Source of the DNA: a bacterium
GTDB lineage: Bacteria; Electryoneota; JAOADG01
Assembly (NCBI GenBank): GCA_026417415.1
Contig: JAOADG010000008.1
Coordinates: forward strand, 449,349 to 513,348
Direction of reading: 5' to 3'
Length of the DNA: 64,000 bases
Shown here: positions 48,544 through 59,900 of the stretch, piece after piece
Layout: every line of letters starts with the position of its first letter
How positions within the stretch are numbered: position 1 is the stretch's first letter
Program-made: the position numbers and the translations under genes
The notes under the pieces: model-generated
What the model was told of the DNA's origin: nothing
The model's database searches: none
What the model saw: only the letters and a program-made list of their open reading frames with translations

Positions 48544-49022
48544 AATGGATTATTGACGGGAATAACGTATTAGGTGTTCATAAAGATAAAAATTGGATTC
48601 CGAGAATATCTCAAATACAGAATCTAATCAGTTCATCTAATGCTTTAGGTGAAGTCATTATTGTGTTTGATGGAAGTTCTATCCCTTATCTTCCTAAAAA
48701 GAATGTAAGAGTCGTGTTTACGAATTCACAACAAGCATACGATAGCGCTGACGATTACATTATACAAATCTTACAAGACAATGAGAATGCTACTGTAGTA
48801 ACTGATGACGTCCAGTTGAAAAATCGTGTTCAAGCAAAAGGTGTAAAAACCATGTCAAATGCTGAATTTAAACAATTGATCAAACGAAAAACTACACCTA
48901 AACCAAGATCTATTACTGATCAGATAATAACAGACGGAAAAGAAAAGTTAAACGTTAAAATCAATTCTAAGCAAATTTTGGAGGAACTCATCAAACCACG
49001 TCCTCGCTTAGATGATGATTAA
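48540..49022 (+). CDS. NYN/PIN-fold (YacP-like) ribonuclease domain protein
   Basis: IIDGNN, IVFDG, SADDYI, VVTDD acidic motifs. Confidence 0.78.
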   Translation: MKWIIDGNNVLGVHKDKNWIPRISQIQNLISSSNALGEVIIVFDGSSIPYLPKKNVRVVFTNSQQAYDSADDYIIQILQDNENATVVTDDVQLKNRVQAKGVKTMSNAEFKQLIKRKTTPKPRSITDQIITDGKEKLNVKINSKQILEELIKPRPRLDDD

Positions 49023-50041
49023 TGCACTAAATATTTTTTAAACATATGAATAGCTTTTTCTATTCCATCATCGTTTACATCCAAATGGGTAACTAAGCGA
49101 ATCTTGTTTTTTCCAAAAGCAGTGAATAGAACTCCTTCTTTTTTACCGAATTCAACTAATTCATTATTATTCTTTTTTTCTGGAACTTCAAAAATTACAA
49201 TATTGGTTTGTACATCTTTTGAACGAATAGTGTAGCCCAAAGTTTCTAATGCTTCTGCTAATCTTTTGGCTCGGATGTGATCTTCTATCAATCGTTCACG
49301 ATGATGATCCAATGCATAAATGGCACAAGCAGCAAGATATCCCACTTGTCGCATACCACCACCTAAACGCTTTCTAATCCGTCGTGCATCTTGGATTTTT
49401 TCTTTTGTACTAACAATGGCAGAACCTATGGGTGCACCCAATCCTTTTGAAAAACAGACAGTAACAGTGTCTGCATATTGTGTCCATTCTTTTACTTTTA
49501 CATTTGCAGCAACGGCAGCATTCCAAATCCGAGCTCCATCTAGATGCAATAAAAGGTTAAAATTCTTACAAAAGTTAGAGATATCTTCAACTTCTTTCAC
49601 ACTCCATACAGTGCCGCCTGCACGATTGTGCGTATTTTCAATAGTAACCAATTTAGAAGGTGGAAAATGAATGTTGTTAGGACGGATCAGTTCATCTAAT
49701 TGAGAGGGATTAAAAATACCTCTTTCAGTAGAGATAGCGCGTAATTGGACTCCAGATAAGAAAGATGGCGCACCAGATTCATAATTCATTAAATGACATC
49801 CAGCATCACAATAAACTTCATCTCCGGGATTTGTTAGAATCTTAATTGCAATTTGGTTTGCCATGGTTCCAGATGGTACAAACAATGCATCTTCTTTCCC
49901 GAGAATATCTGCAACTTTTTCTTGTAGTTGGATAACAGTGGGATCGTCACCGAACACATCATCTCCAACTGTAGCATGAACCATCGCTTCAAGCATTCCT
50001 TTGGTGGGACGTGTTACTGTATCCGAACGTAAATCTACCAT
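49019..50041 (-). CDS. ltaE: Low-specificity L-threonine aldolase
   Basis: DLRSDTVT, GDDVFGDDPTV, SGTMANQ, ENTHN, HLDGAR, CFSKGLGAP; ATG 50041 after GGAG. Confidence 0.95.
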   Translation of the reverse strand: MVDLRSDTVTRPTKGMLEAMVHATVGDDVFGDDPTVIQLQEKVADILGKEDALFVPSGTMANQIAIKILTNPGDEVYCDAGCHLMNYESGAPSFLSGVQLRAISTERGIFNPSQLDELIRPNNIHFPPSKLVTIENTHNRAGGTVWSVKEVEDISNFCKNFNLLLHLDGARIWNAAVAANVKVKEWTQYADTVTVCFSKGLGAPIGSAIVSTKEKIQDARRIRKRLGGGMRQVGYLAACAIYALDHHRERLIEDHIRAKRLAEALETLGYTIRSKDVQTNIVIFEVPEKKNNNELVEFGKKEGVLFTAFGKNKIRLVTHLDVNDDGIEKAIHMFKKYLVH

Positions 50042-50073
50042 ACCAATTTCTCCGTTGTTTGAGATAAATTTAC

Positions 50074-50102
50074 AAAAAATGCGCCGCAATGATGCGGCGC
50101 AT
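50074..50102 (-). terminator. Intrinsic terminator
   Basis: ATGCGCCGCA-atga-TGCGGCGCAT with a T-run on the minus strand. Confidence 0.85.
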
Positions 50103-50121
50103 CTCTTGAAAAAAAATCATT

Positions 50122-53100
50122 TTACTTCACTAAGACCATTTTTTTCAGTGCTTGAAATTTACCGCTTTCTATTCTATAGAAATAAACCCCTGCAGCGAAT
50201 TTAGTGCCGTCAAACCGAACTGAATGATATCCTGCAGGTAATTCTTCATTGACCAGCGTTGCCACAGTTCGACCTAAAAGATCAAACACTGTAAGTTTAG
50301 TTAACCCTTTTTCTTTTAGATCAAATCGAATCTCAGTAACGGGATTAAATGGATTCGGGTAGTTTTGGTGCAATTTATATTCTACTGGCAAACCATTTTG
50401 ATCACTAACTTCGCTTGGAATTCCAACAGTGATTTGAACAGGAATAACATGGGGTGAAGGGCAACCATTGAAAATGATGCGAATGTTTGCGTTTAAGATT
50501 TGCCCTATGGTATGAGTTGAGTCAACAGTAACTTGGACAAATAGATCATTGGTTTGACCCGGTAAAATCGTTCCGCTGGTAGGATTGGCAATAATCCAAG
50601 TGGACCAACCATTTTGTGCAAATGCAATCTTATAGCCGTCCATATTGGTCGGGATATTCTGACCAGAAGTTGCAGTATAATAGCATTGGATATAATTGTT
50701 GTTTGCACCTGATCCACCTTGAATACCAATGGTGGGATTCAGTGCGCTTTCCGTCATACTATTGTATGCGAAGATGATACCGTTATTCGAGCCGTGTAGT
50801 TGAACTTGAAAACTCACAGTGTTTGATGGTGTACTGTACCGATAGCCATTCCATTGAACATAAAAAATATTTGAAGCAATATCATGATAAGTAATCGCAG
50901 TAGTCACTAAATCATCCCAACAAGGCATAATCATATTCGTTGCAACTGTTGTAGGTAAAGTAGTATTACCTAAAGAGTTACTTCCTGTAGTGGTGCCTAA
51001 TTGAATGAAACCATTGGAACAGATCCAAAAACCACCTGAATAAGTAGTTCCGTAATATTCAAAAGTAAAGTTGCCAAAGTTTGCTGCTAAGCCATAATCA
51101 TCTTGACCAGTGAAAATTGTAGTACCAATTGAAGTAATATCAAAGAAATCAAAACTGGGGAAATCATTTTCTACATTGTCAATTGCTTCATATCCTGAAC
51201 CGTCTGGTCCCCATCTAGTATCTGTACTAGTTTGAAGTGTTTGTAAACGTACACGCCAATTAAGTGGAGAGTTGCCTGTATTTTGTAAGGTTACTGTAGT
51301 TGAAGAAATTAATCCCGGCGGTACCAACATTTCTACAGAACTTGGATTTACTGCTAAAATTGGACGTGTCATATAAAAGTTCAATGTATCAGTTTGAGCA
51401 GAATCTACAACCACTCCAGTGATAGTAACAGTATCATAGCAAGCAACTCTGGCTTGAACATCATAGACGCCAGTACGTATATCGGGAATTACAAAATTTC
51501 CGTTGATGTCAGTGATCGCACTATAAATTCCTGCTCTTACTTCTACATTTGGCATGGGTGGTGTGCCCGGGATTGAATCCCGTACAGTACCTACTAACGA
51601 ACCAAATCCAGGACCCATAAAATTTCCTTCATCAGCACCAATATCACAAGTAGTCCCAGATCTCGTATCTCCATCAAAATCAAAATTAAGAGTTGGATAT
51701 CGTAAAGCCCCATTTTCTATTACAGTACTCAAGAGTGGATTAATATGCAGATTTGTATCAGCTACAAACGGAGCCAATTCCGAAAATGAGAGTTGATCAC
51801 GCGGAGACCAAGTGGGGTTATTGACGAGTTCTTCCAAAGTATTGATGTTGGTAGTTCCAATTCGTGCAGGATAATTGTTATCCGTTAAATTTCCTGGAAT
51901 AGGAGCAAGTAGATTGTAATTGCTAAAAAGAATTGTGGTTGGCGTATTGATATAAATTCCAACGTGATAGTTTGAAGTTGTGCCACCACTTCGTGTATTT
52001 TGGAAAATATTTCCCCATAAGGTATCACCAGTAGCAGATGTACTTCCAAAATAAAACCCAAAACTGTTACCTGAAGATGTGGTTCCTTGTATCCAAACAG
52101 AATTGTTCACGTAAGATGTGCGCGCATATGTTCCTGAACCAGCTTCATAGATACCATATACACTACCTGTAGTGCCAGCACCAACATTGACCATATTGTT
52201 CGCAACCAAATTGTTGGCATCATAGATACGAATACCATACACTGTACTTGAAGCAGTTCCACGGATATTATTGACATGGTTGGAGGTTATCTGTCCAAAT
52301 TGAAAACCAGTAGTTGTAAAAATTCCATAAACGGTTGAACTAGAACTTGGTGTTACATGGAACAACCGATTTTTATGGAATTTAAAGTATGTATTATACC
52401 CAGTATACAAACCATAATAATAAAAGTCACGGATATCACAATTTTCAACGGAACTTTCAGTGATTAATTCTGCTGTACTTCCATAAGCATATATTGAATA
52501 ATATCCTCCGATAAGTTCACAATTGATGACTCGATTAGCAGGAAGAGGAATATTTGGACTAGTTCCAGTATTTGCAAACTGAACTACGCGATAAGTACTC
52601 GAAGTAGTAATACCAATGTTCAATACACAATTTTTTACCGTATTGTAACCAGAACTATCGGAGAATAATATAACCGATGTAATACTACCACTAGTGTTGA
52701 TTCGGACGTGTCTTCCATTTGGATCGTTGGGCCAACTACCATCCAAAGTAATGTAACGTGCGTTTCGGAATACAAATGCACCTGTGCTTGAAGTAGATGT
52801 TTTATTGATAATCACTTCGGCACCTTGTTCGGGACGAAATACCACAGGTCTTGTTGAATCTGATGTGAAACTGATTGTATCTGCTTGTTCGTTGTAAGTC
52901 CCACTACGAATTAGAAAAGTTACACCTCCTGTACCCACACCAATGTCTCGTAATGCGGCTAATGCAGCAGATATTGAAACAAAATCTGGATTTTCACCAC
53001 CAATGGTCAAATTCCCGCTTAATGAAGCGCGGACAAAGTAACCAAATGTATTATTTGGTGGTGTCGTGCCAGGAGGATTGGCTCCTGAACCACCAAATGG

Positions 53101-55821
53101 TAAAGTGGTAACATTTCCAGCATCATCTTGTGCCGCTAAATAATAAAGGACATTAGTATTTAGAGGAAAACCGGGAATAGTAAAGTAGTAATTACTCCCT
53201 ACAATTGAATCTGCATTTACAAATGACCAACTTGGATTCGTTGCATTACGATAATACAATCTTGGTGCATTGACGCCCGTAGAGACGCCAACATTATCGG
53301 TAATATTTGCTACTGCTACTCGTGGTGTAGTGATTGCTTCGGAAACAAGTGGGGTATGTTGAATGATCGGCCGAATTAAATCATTGCCTGTTGCAAAATT
53401 GCCTTCATCAGCTCCAATATCGGGAGTTGTACTTCGTACTTGGTTATCAAAATCGTTAGTGACACTTACAGGTCTTCCCGCTGATTCAACCAGTGTTGGT
53501 GCTGTTGGATTGATGTGTAAATTTGGAATTCCAATAAAGGTAGGGCTAAATGTATAAGATTCATTATCAAAAGAATATCCAGCATTTCGTGCATCACTTA
53601 AAGTATTATAATTCACTGAATTGTAACGAATGTTAAAGCGATTATCAGTTGCTGATTCATTTCCATTGCTAAAGATATTGTTATTGGAATATAGAACAGG
53701 TGTTGTACCTGTTCCGAAACTGAGTGCATTGTGATAATATGTGGATGTACCACCAAGTCGTTCATTGATTAAAATATTGTTTACAAGTGAATCACTGGTC
53801 GCTGCACCTGAGTAAAATATTGCGTGAGAACTATAATTTCCTGCACTACCACCAATTCTAACTGTATTGTAAAAAACTTTTTTCTGACTTGTGCCCAAAT
53901 ACATTCCGTAAATTGTTCCACCACCATTAGGGTCAATATTGATCATATTGTTAGCAACTAACGCATTAGGACCATTGCTTAAATAAATGCCATAAACAGT
54001 ACCTGTGGAGGAAGGAATTAAGTCGTGAATCCAGTTTCTTGTAATTTGATTGTTGTTATTATTCGAAGCGATATGGTAGATCCCATACAAGGCACCAGTG
54101 GTTGCTCCTGTATTGTAAATTTCATTGCCATCAAAAATCGAATTGCCCACATAGTATAAGTACAATCCATAATACGCAAAATTCACGATTTTATTGTTTG
54201 CAATGAATAAATTGGTATGATTTGATGAGGAACTACCATAGATATAAAAAGAATAATATCCTCCTGTTATTTGGCAATTCATCACTGTATCGCCTACGCA
54301 TGGGGCTGAAGGATTAGTTCCGGAAGTGAAATAGATATAAATCGGACGAAAGGTAGAAGTATTGCCTCCAACCGTTACATTTACGTTTTTTACAGTATTG
54401 TAATCAGCACCATTGCTAAACCAAAAACCATAATATCCATTTGTTCCTTGCGCATTCACAGAAATTAAATTTCTTCCCGGAGCATCTGGATGGCTTCCAT
54501 CAAAAGTGATGTAATCTGCATCTAAAAATCTAAACGCGAAGGGTTCTGCAGATGTACATGTTACATTGATGGTAACTTGGTTTGTATCTGCAGGTTTGAA
54601 GTAAACTCGTGAGTTTGGCCCAGAGAAAATCATATTTGTGAAAGTATTAGGAACTTCATTGTAAATACCACCTCGTATCAAGAAGGTAACACCTTGGTTA
54701 GTTCCTGCTGCATTCAAGGCAGTGATTGCTGCACTTATAGTTGGATAATCGGGGTTGACTCCACCGATTGTCCGTATTCCATCCATTGCTGGTGCAAAGG
54801 TTCTAAATCGCCAAATCGCACTATTTGCAATTTCGTTAGTAGAATCATTTCTTGCAGCAATCTTCCAATAGTACCAAGTTCCTTGAGTTAAGTTGGAATA
54901 GATGTAAACAGTATCTGTTGTTCCAGTAGCAACGCGTGCAGCAGGGCTACTACTCTGAACCGCTGTCTGGTTAGTAGATAGATAGACATCAAATGAATGT
55001 GTATTTACAGTTTGATTACGCCAAATTAAACTACCTGTTAAATTATTTACACCAGTAGAATTGTTGGCGGGTGAAACTAAAATCGGTAAGGGTGGATATG
55101 TAGGTGAAGTAATGATTTCCAATTGTATATTAGGACGATTAGAATTTACAGTACCATTTCCGGTTTCTATTCCACCGGAATCTGCATAGCGATACCAATG
55201 ATTGTTGGTTGAAGTATGGTAATACCAATTGGTTGTACTCGTTGAATAAGCAGGGCGATAACTGTACATCATTACGTATAAATTGCTTGTTCCATCATAC
55301 ATAAAATCGTTTATATCCCATTCATTCCAACCAATGGTAGTTGGGCCAGTATAATTTTCTGCACCAGAATCATACACTAATGTTGCGTTGTTTCGATAAG
55401 TAGGCCAATCAACTGCTGTGCATTGCGTATCGGTAGTGTGTTTTAAATAAATGTAAACTCGTCTTGCACCCCAACCTGAAGCAACATTGCCGCAATACCA
55501 TCGTAAGTGAGTAATGAGGCCTTGACCTGTTCCAATTTCTGCAGCTGTATAAAGTGAAACGCTCGCTACATTCCACCAATAATCGTAAATAGGATATGAA
55601 CCCAATGTCGTCCCTGTACCAATCGTAACAGTAATATCGGTTTCATCTAAATTGTTTGAACGTGTAACGACTACTGGTTCAGGATTGATGGGAGCAGGTT
55701 CAAATAAAATTTGTTGTTCATCGGGTTTAGAAATTAAAAAACTTTCTATTTCCTGTGCGTCAATAGAAAAGGACATTCCAAACAGAAGAACGAATAAAAA
55801 GAGTAAAGAACTCAATCTCAT
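50122..55821 (-). CDS. 1899-aa secreted protein with two parallel beta-helix modules and T9SS-type CTD
   Basis: Signal peptide; repeated YGIY/YGLY coils; two TIGG.NPD...DIGADEGNF modules; carboxypeptidase-regulatory-like domain; LHQNYPNPFNP CTD. Confidence 0.85.
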   Translation of the reverse strand: MRLSSLLFLFVLLFGMSFSIDAQEIESFLISKPDEQQILFEPAPINPEPVVVTRSNNLDETDITVTIGTGTTLGSYPIYDYWWNVASVSLYTAAEIGTGQGLITHLRWYCGNVASGWGARRVYIYLKHTTDTQCTAVDWPTYRNNATLVYDSGAENYTGPTTIGWNEWDINDFMYDGTSNLYVMMYSYRPAYSTSTTNWYYHTSTNNHWYRYADSGGIETGNGTVNSNRPNIQLEIITSPTYPPLPILVSPANNSTGVNNLTGSLIWRNQTVNTHSFDVYLSTNQTAVQSSSPAARVATGTTDTVYIYSNLTQGTWYYWKIAARNDSTNEIANSAIWRFRTFAPAMDGIRTIGGVNPDYPTISAAITALNAAGTNQGVTFLIRGGIYNEVPNTFTNMIFSGPNSRVYFKPADTNQVTINVTCTSAEPFAFRFLDADYITFDGSHPDAPGRNLISVNAQGTNGYYGFWFSNGADYNTVKNVNVTVGGNTSTFRPIYIYFTSGTNPSAPCVGDTVMNCQITGGYYSFYIYGSSSSNHTNLFIANNKIVNFAYYGLYLYYVGNSIFDGNEIYNTGATTGALYGIYHIASNNNNNQITRNWIHDLIPSSTGTVYGIYLSNGPNALVANNMINIDPNGGGTIYGMYLGTSQKKVFYNTVRIGGSAGNYSSHAIFYSGAATSDSLVNNILINERLGGTSTYYHNALSFGTGTTPVLYSNNNIFSNGNESATDNRFNIRYNSVNYNTLSDARNAGYSFDNESYTFSPTFIGIPNLHINPTAPTLVESAGRPVSVTNDFDNQVRSTTPDIGADEGNFATGNDLIRPIIQHTPLVSEAITTPRVAVANITDNVGVSTGVNAPRLYYRNATNPSWSFVNADSIVGSNYYFTIPGFPLNTNVLYYLAAQDDAGNVTTLPFGGSGANPPGTTPPNNTFGYFVRASLSGNLTIGGENPDFVSISAALAALRDIGVGTGGVTFLIRSGTYNEQADTISFTSDSTRPVVFRPEQGAEVIINKTSTSSTGAFVFRNARYITLDGSWPNDPNGRHVRINTSGSITSVILFSDSSGYNTVKNCVLNIGITTSSTYRVVQFANTGTSPNIPLPANRVINCELIGGYYSIYAYGSTAELITESSVENCDIRDFYYYGLYTGYNTYFKFHKNRLFHVTPSSSSTVYGIFTTTGFQFGQITSNHVNNIRGTASSTVYGIRIYDANNLVANNMVNVGAGTTGSVYGIYEAGSGTYARTSYVNNSVWIQGTTSSGNSFGFYFGSTSATGDTLWGNIFQNTRSGGTTSNYHVGIYINTPTTILFSNYNLLAPIPGNLTDNNYPARIGTTNINTLEELVNNPTWSPRDQLSFSELAPFVADTNLHINPLLSTVIENGALRYPTLNFDFDGDTRSGTTCDIGADEGNFMGPGFGSLVGTVRDSIPGTPPMPNVEVRAGIYSAITDINGNFVIPDIRTGVYDVQARVACYDTVTITGVVVDSAQTDTLNFYMTRPILAVNPSSVEMLVPPGLISSTTVTLQNTGNSPLNWRVRLQTLQTSTDTRWGPDGSGYEAIDNVENDFPSFDFFDITSIGTTIFTGQDDYGLAANFGNFTFEYYGTTYSGGFWICSNGFIQLGTTTGSNSLGNTTLPTTVATNMIMPCWDDLVTTAITYHDIASNIFYVQWNGYRYSTPSNTVSFQVQLHGSNNGIIFAYNSMTESALNPTIGIQGGSGANNNYIQCYYTATSGQNIPTNMDGYKIAFAQNGWSTWIIANPTSGTILPGQTNDLFVQVTVDSTHTIGQILNANIRIIFNGCPSPHVIPVQITVGIPSEVSDQNGLPVEYKLHQNYPNPFNPVTEIRFDLKEKGLTKLTVFDLLGRTVATLVNEELPAGYHSVRFDGTKFAAGVYFYRIESGKFQALKKMVLVK

Positions 55822-55976
55822 TTTACGACTCCTTAATGTCTATAAAGGTTTCCAAGGCGAGCAAAACATAGTTCCCAAACTTGTTTAAGAACGTAGAGAA
55901 ACAAGAATTACAAGGCAAGTGTATTTAGATTATCAACGATTATTTAATTGAGCAATTTTCTCACATTTACAATGGA

Positions 55977-56972
55977 TCAAGAGACACGAAAACTTTGTAG
56001 TACTTTCATGTAATTTGCTCTTTCAAAAGCAGAAGGATCAGCCACATTCTGATGACTCATAGATCCTTTTAATTGTTTAATAGAACTATACTCATGTTCT
56101 CCTAACCATATGGATAATTGATTGATAGTATTTTGAATATGATTTACTCCATGCAATAAAATTGCACTTACCATTTGAATTGCGTCTGCCCCTGCCATTA
56201 ATAATTTTATTGCATCTAAATGCGTGTGGCAACCACCCGTTGCTGAAAGATCTGCACTGATTTTACCAAATAAGATCGCAATCCAACGCAAAGAGAGACG
56301 AAGTTCATCACTGTTTGATAAATGCAAATTGGGAATGACTTCCAATTTCTCTAAATCAAAATCCGGCTGATAAAACCGATTAAATAAGACCAACCCATCA
56401 ATACCATTTTGAGATAATGTTTTTGCAATCGCAGCAGGACTACTTAAAAAAGGTGAAAGTTTCACTGCCACGGGAATTTTCACTGATTTTTTTACAGATG
56501 AAGAAATATCTAAATAGTGTTTTTCAACATCAATTCCTTGAATATTTGGATCAGTTGCTAAGTAGTATACATTTAACTCGATTGCATCTGCACCTGCTTT
56601 TTCCATTTCTTTTGCAATTTTGATCCAACCACTATCTGTAAATCCATTTAAACTTGCAATGATGGGAATTTCCACTGAAGTTTTTGCTTTCTGAATTAAA
56701 GTAAGATATTCATCGGGTCCTACTTTGAAATCTGAAGGTTGTGGAAAATAACTTAATGCTTCTGCATAAGAATCTGCTTGAATAGTTGTATAATAATGTA
56801 TTGCCAATGCTTCATGGGTTAACTGTTCTTCAAATAAGCTTGGTAATACAACTGCTGATGCACCACCATCCTCTAAGGATCGAATACCATCAACTGTGGC
56901 TGCAATGGGGTTAGCACCTGCAATCAAAGGGTGTTTTAATTTCAAACCGAGATAAGTGGTTGATAAATCCAT
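55977..56972 (-). CDS. Dihydroorotate dehydrogenase-like protein (PFOR-associated)
   Basis: MDLSTTYLGLKL, SLFEEQ, IIASLNG, IELN, VKLSP, LFNRFYQPD, FERANY. Confidence 0.85.
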   Translation of the reverse strand: MDLSTTYLGLKLKHPLIAGANPIAATVDGIRSLEDGGASAVVLPSLFEEQLTHEALAIHYYTTIQADSYAEALSYFPQPSDFKVGPDEYLTLIQKAKTSVEIPIIASLNGFTDSGWIKIAKEMEKAGADAIELNVYYLATDPNIQGIDVEKHYLDISSSVKKSVKIPVAVKLSPFLSSPAAIAKTLSQNGIDGLVLFNRFYQPDFDLEKLEVIPNLHLSNSDELRLSLRWIAILFGKISADLSATGGCHTHLDAIKLLMAGADAIQMVSAILLHGVNHIQNTINQLSIWLGEHEYSSIKQLKGSMSHQNVADPSAFERANYMKVLQSFRVS

Positions 56973-56990
56973 TGATATTCCTTTCTCTCT

Positions 56991-59900
56991 CTAATTCGCT
57001 TGAGTTCGTTTGTAAGGCATATTGGCTAAATATTCTAAATAGTACCATTTAGCTTCAACGCTTTCTTGTGCCAACTCAATCAATTTTTTAGCATTTTGTG
57101 GATTACTTTTCATCAACATATTGAAACGTGTTTGTGCATAAGCGTATTCCGAAATTTTTAGTTTTGGAGGCTTAGAATCCAACTTCAAAGGATTTTCACC
57201 TTTCAAAACAAGTTGGGGATTGAACCGATACAAAGGCCAAGCACCAGAAAGTACAGCACGTTCTTGATGTTCCATTCCTTTTGCCATGTCTATTCCGTGT
57301 GCAATACAATGCGAATAAGCAATGATTAGGGATGGTCCATCGTAAGCATCGGCTTCTAAAAATGCACGAATGGTTTGACCATCGTTTGCACCCATTGCAA
57401 CTTGTGCAACATACACATGACCATACGTCATTGCAATCAACCCCAAATCCTTCTTAGCAATTGGTTTTCCACCAGCAGCAAATTTTGCAACTGCACCTAT
57501 AGGCGTAGCTTTTGAACATTGGCCACCAGTATTTGAATAAACCTCTGTATCTAAAACCAAAATGTTGACATTTTTATTGCTAGCAATTACATGATCTAAA
57601 CCACCATATCCAATGTCATATGCCCAACCATCACCTCCAACAATCCAAACGGAGCGTTTAACCAAATGATCACAAATTGTTTCTAAGTCACGTGCGATAG
57701 GGCTTTCAATCATTTTAAGTTTATTTTTCAATGCGGATATACGTTCGCGTTGTGCATAAATGCCTGCTTCGTCAGATTGATCTGCATTCAATAGTTCCTC
57801 AATAAAATCATCACCCAATTCTGAAGCCAATGCTTTTAATTGGTGCGTAGCAATTTCTCGATATTTATCAAAAGTCAACCGAAATCCAAAACCAAATTCT
57901 GCCGTATCTTCAAACAAACTGTTTGACCAAGCTGGACCACGACCATGTTCATCTTTGGTAAAGGGAGTGGTAGGTAAATTCCCACAGTAGATTGAAGAGC
58001 AGCCGGTAGCATTTGCTATGACCGCACGATCACCGTACAATTGTGTCATTAATTTATAGTAAGGAGTTTCACCACATCCTGCACAGGCACCACTGAATTC
58101 GAATAGCGGTCTTAAAAATTGACTTCCTTTGACTGTATTGATTTTTACATTACGACGATCCAGATCGGGTAATGACATAAAGAAATTCCAATTTTCTCGC
58201 TCTGTCTCGCGTAAAGGAAATTGTGGTGCCATATTGATGGCTTTGAGTGCAGTATTGGATTTATTTTTAACAGGACAGTATGCAACGCATAATGCACAGC
58301 CCGTACAATCTTCAACTGCAACCTGCAAAGTATATTTCATTCCTTTGTATTCAGCACCACGATAATCAGCAGATTTAAATGTTTTTGGGGCTCGTTCAAG
58401 ATATTTTGGGTCATACACTTTTTGTCGAATAGTGGCATGTGGGCAAGCCAACACACATTTGCCACATTGACTACACAATTCCGCATCCCAAACAGGAACT
58501 TCTAATGCGATATTGCGTTTTTCCCATTGAGCAGTACCTGTATCAAAGGTCCCATCTACTGGCATTTGGCTGACTTTTATTTCATCGCCACGATTTAAAA
58601 TCATTAAAGCAGTAACTTCACGAACGTACTCAGGTGCACCGGGAGCAACTGCAGGACGACGTTCAATTTTCGAGGTCACTTGAGAAGGAATGGGAACTTC
58701 AAATAGATTTTCTAAAGTTTTATCCACTGCAGCGAAGTTTTGTTGAACTACTGCATCACCTCTTGCTGCCCATGTTTTTTTAATAGAATCTTTGATTTTT
58801 TGAATGGCTTCTTCTTTGGGTAAAATTCCAGAAATCGCAAAGAAACAGGTCTGCATAATGGTATTGATGCGAACTCCCATTTTTGTCAATTTTGCAACGT
58901 TATAAGCATCAATAATGTAAAATTTACATTGCTTTTCTATGAGTTGTTCCTGAACGACCCGAGGTAATGTATCCCAAACTTCATTTGGTTTTGCTTGAGT
59001 ATTAAGTAAGAAAACTGCACCTGGTTTAGCATATTTCAGAATATCGTGGGTCTCTAAAAAGACGGTCTGGTGACATCCCACGAAATCTGCTTGGCTGATT
59101 AAGTATGCACTTCGGATCTTGCGTGGACCAAAACGTAAATGGCTGGTTGTAATAGAACCACTTTTCTTTGAATCGTAAACAAAATATCCCTGTGCGAAGT
59201 TTTCTGTCTCTTCACCAATAATTTTGATGCTATTTTTATTAGCACTTACTGTTCCATCTGATCCGAGACCAAAAAAGACACCACGAAATACATCACTTGA
59301 TTCGGTATTAAAATTAGGATCATATGTTAAACTTGTGAAAGATACATCATCGTGGATGCCGACGGTAAAATGATTCTTAGGTTTTGATTGTTTTAAGTTG
59401 TCAAAAATAGCTTTCACCATAGCTGGAGTGAATTCTTTACTAGACAAACCATACCGTCCACCAACAACTTTTGGTGATTGTTGAAATTGTTTCCAACCTT
59501 CATAACTATTTTCAGTTAAAGCGGTCAAGACATCTTGGTACATCGGTTCACCTGCACTACCGGGTTCTTTTGTACGATCCATAACTGCGATCGCTTTGAT
59601 GGTAGCAGGTAAAGATTGAACAAAAAATTCCGATGCGAATGGACGGTAAAGTCGAACTTTGATTACACCAACTTTTTCACCCCTATCAATTAAATAGTCA
59701 ACAGTTTCATGTACTGTTTCCGCACCACTTGCCATAATCACGATTACGTATTCTGCTTCAGGATGGCCCACATATTCATAAAGATGGTACTGACGACCTG
59801 TGTATCCAGCAAATTCATTCATGACTTCTTGTACAATAACAGGACATTTTTGATAAAATGGATTAACAGTTTCACGTCCCTGAAAATACACATCTGGATT

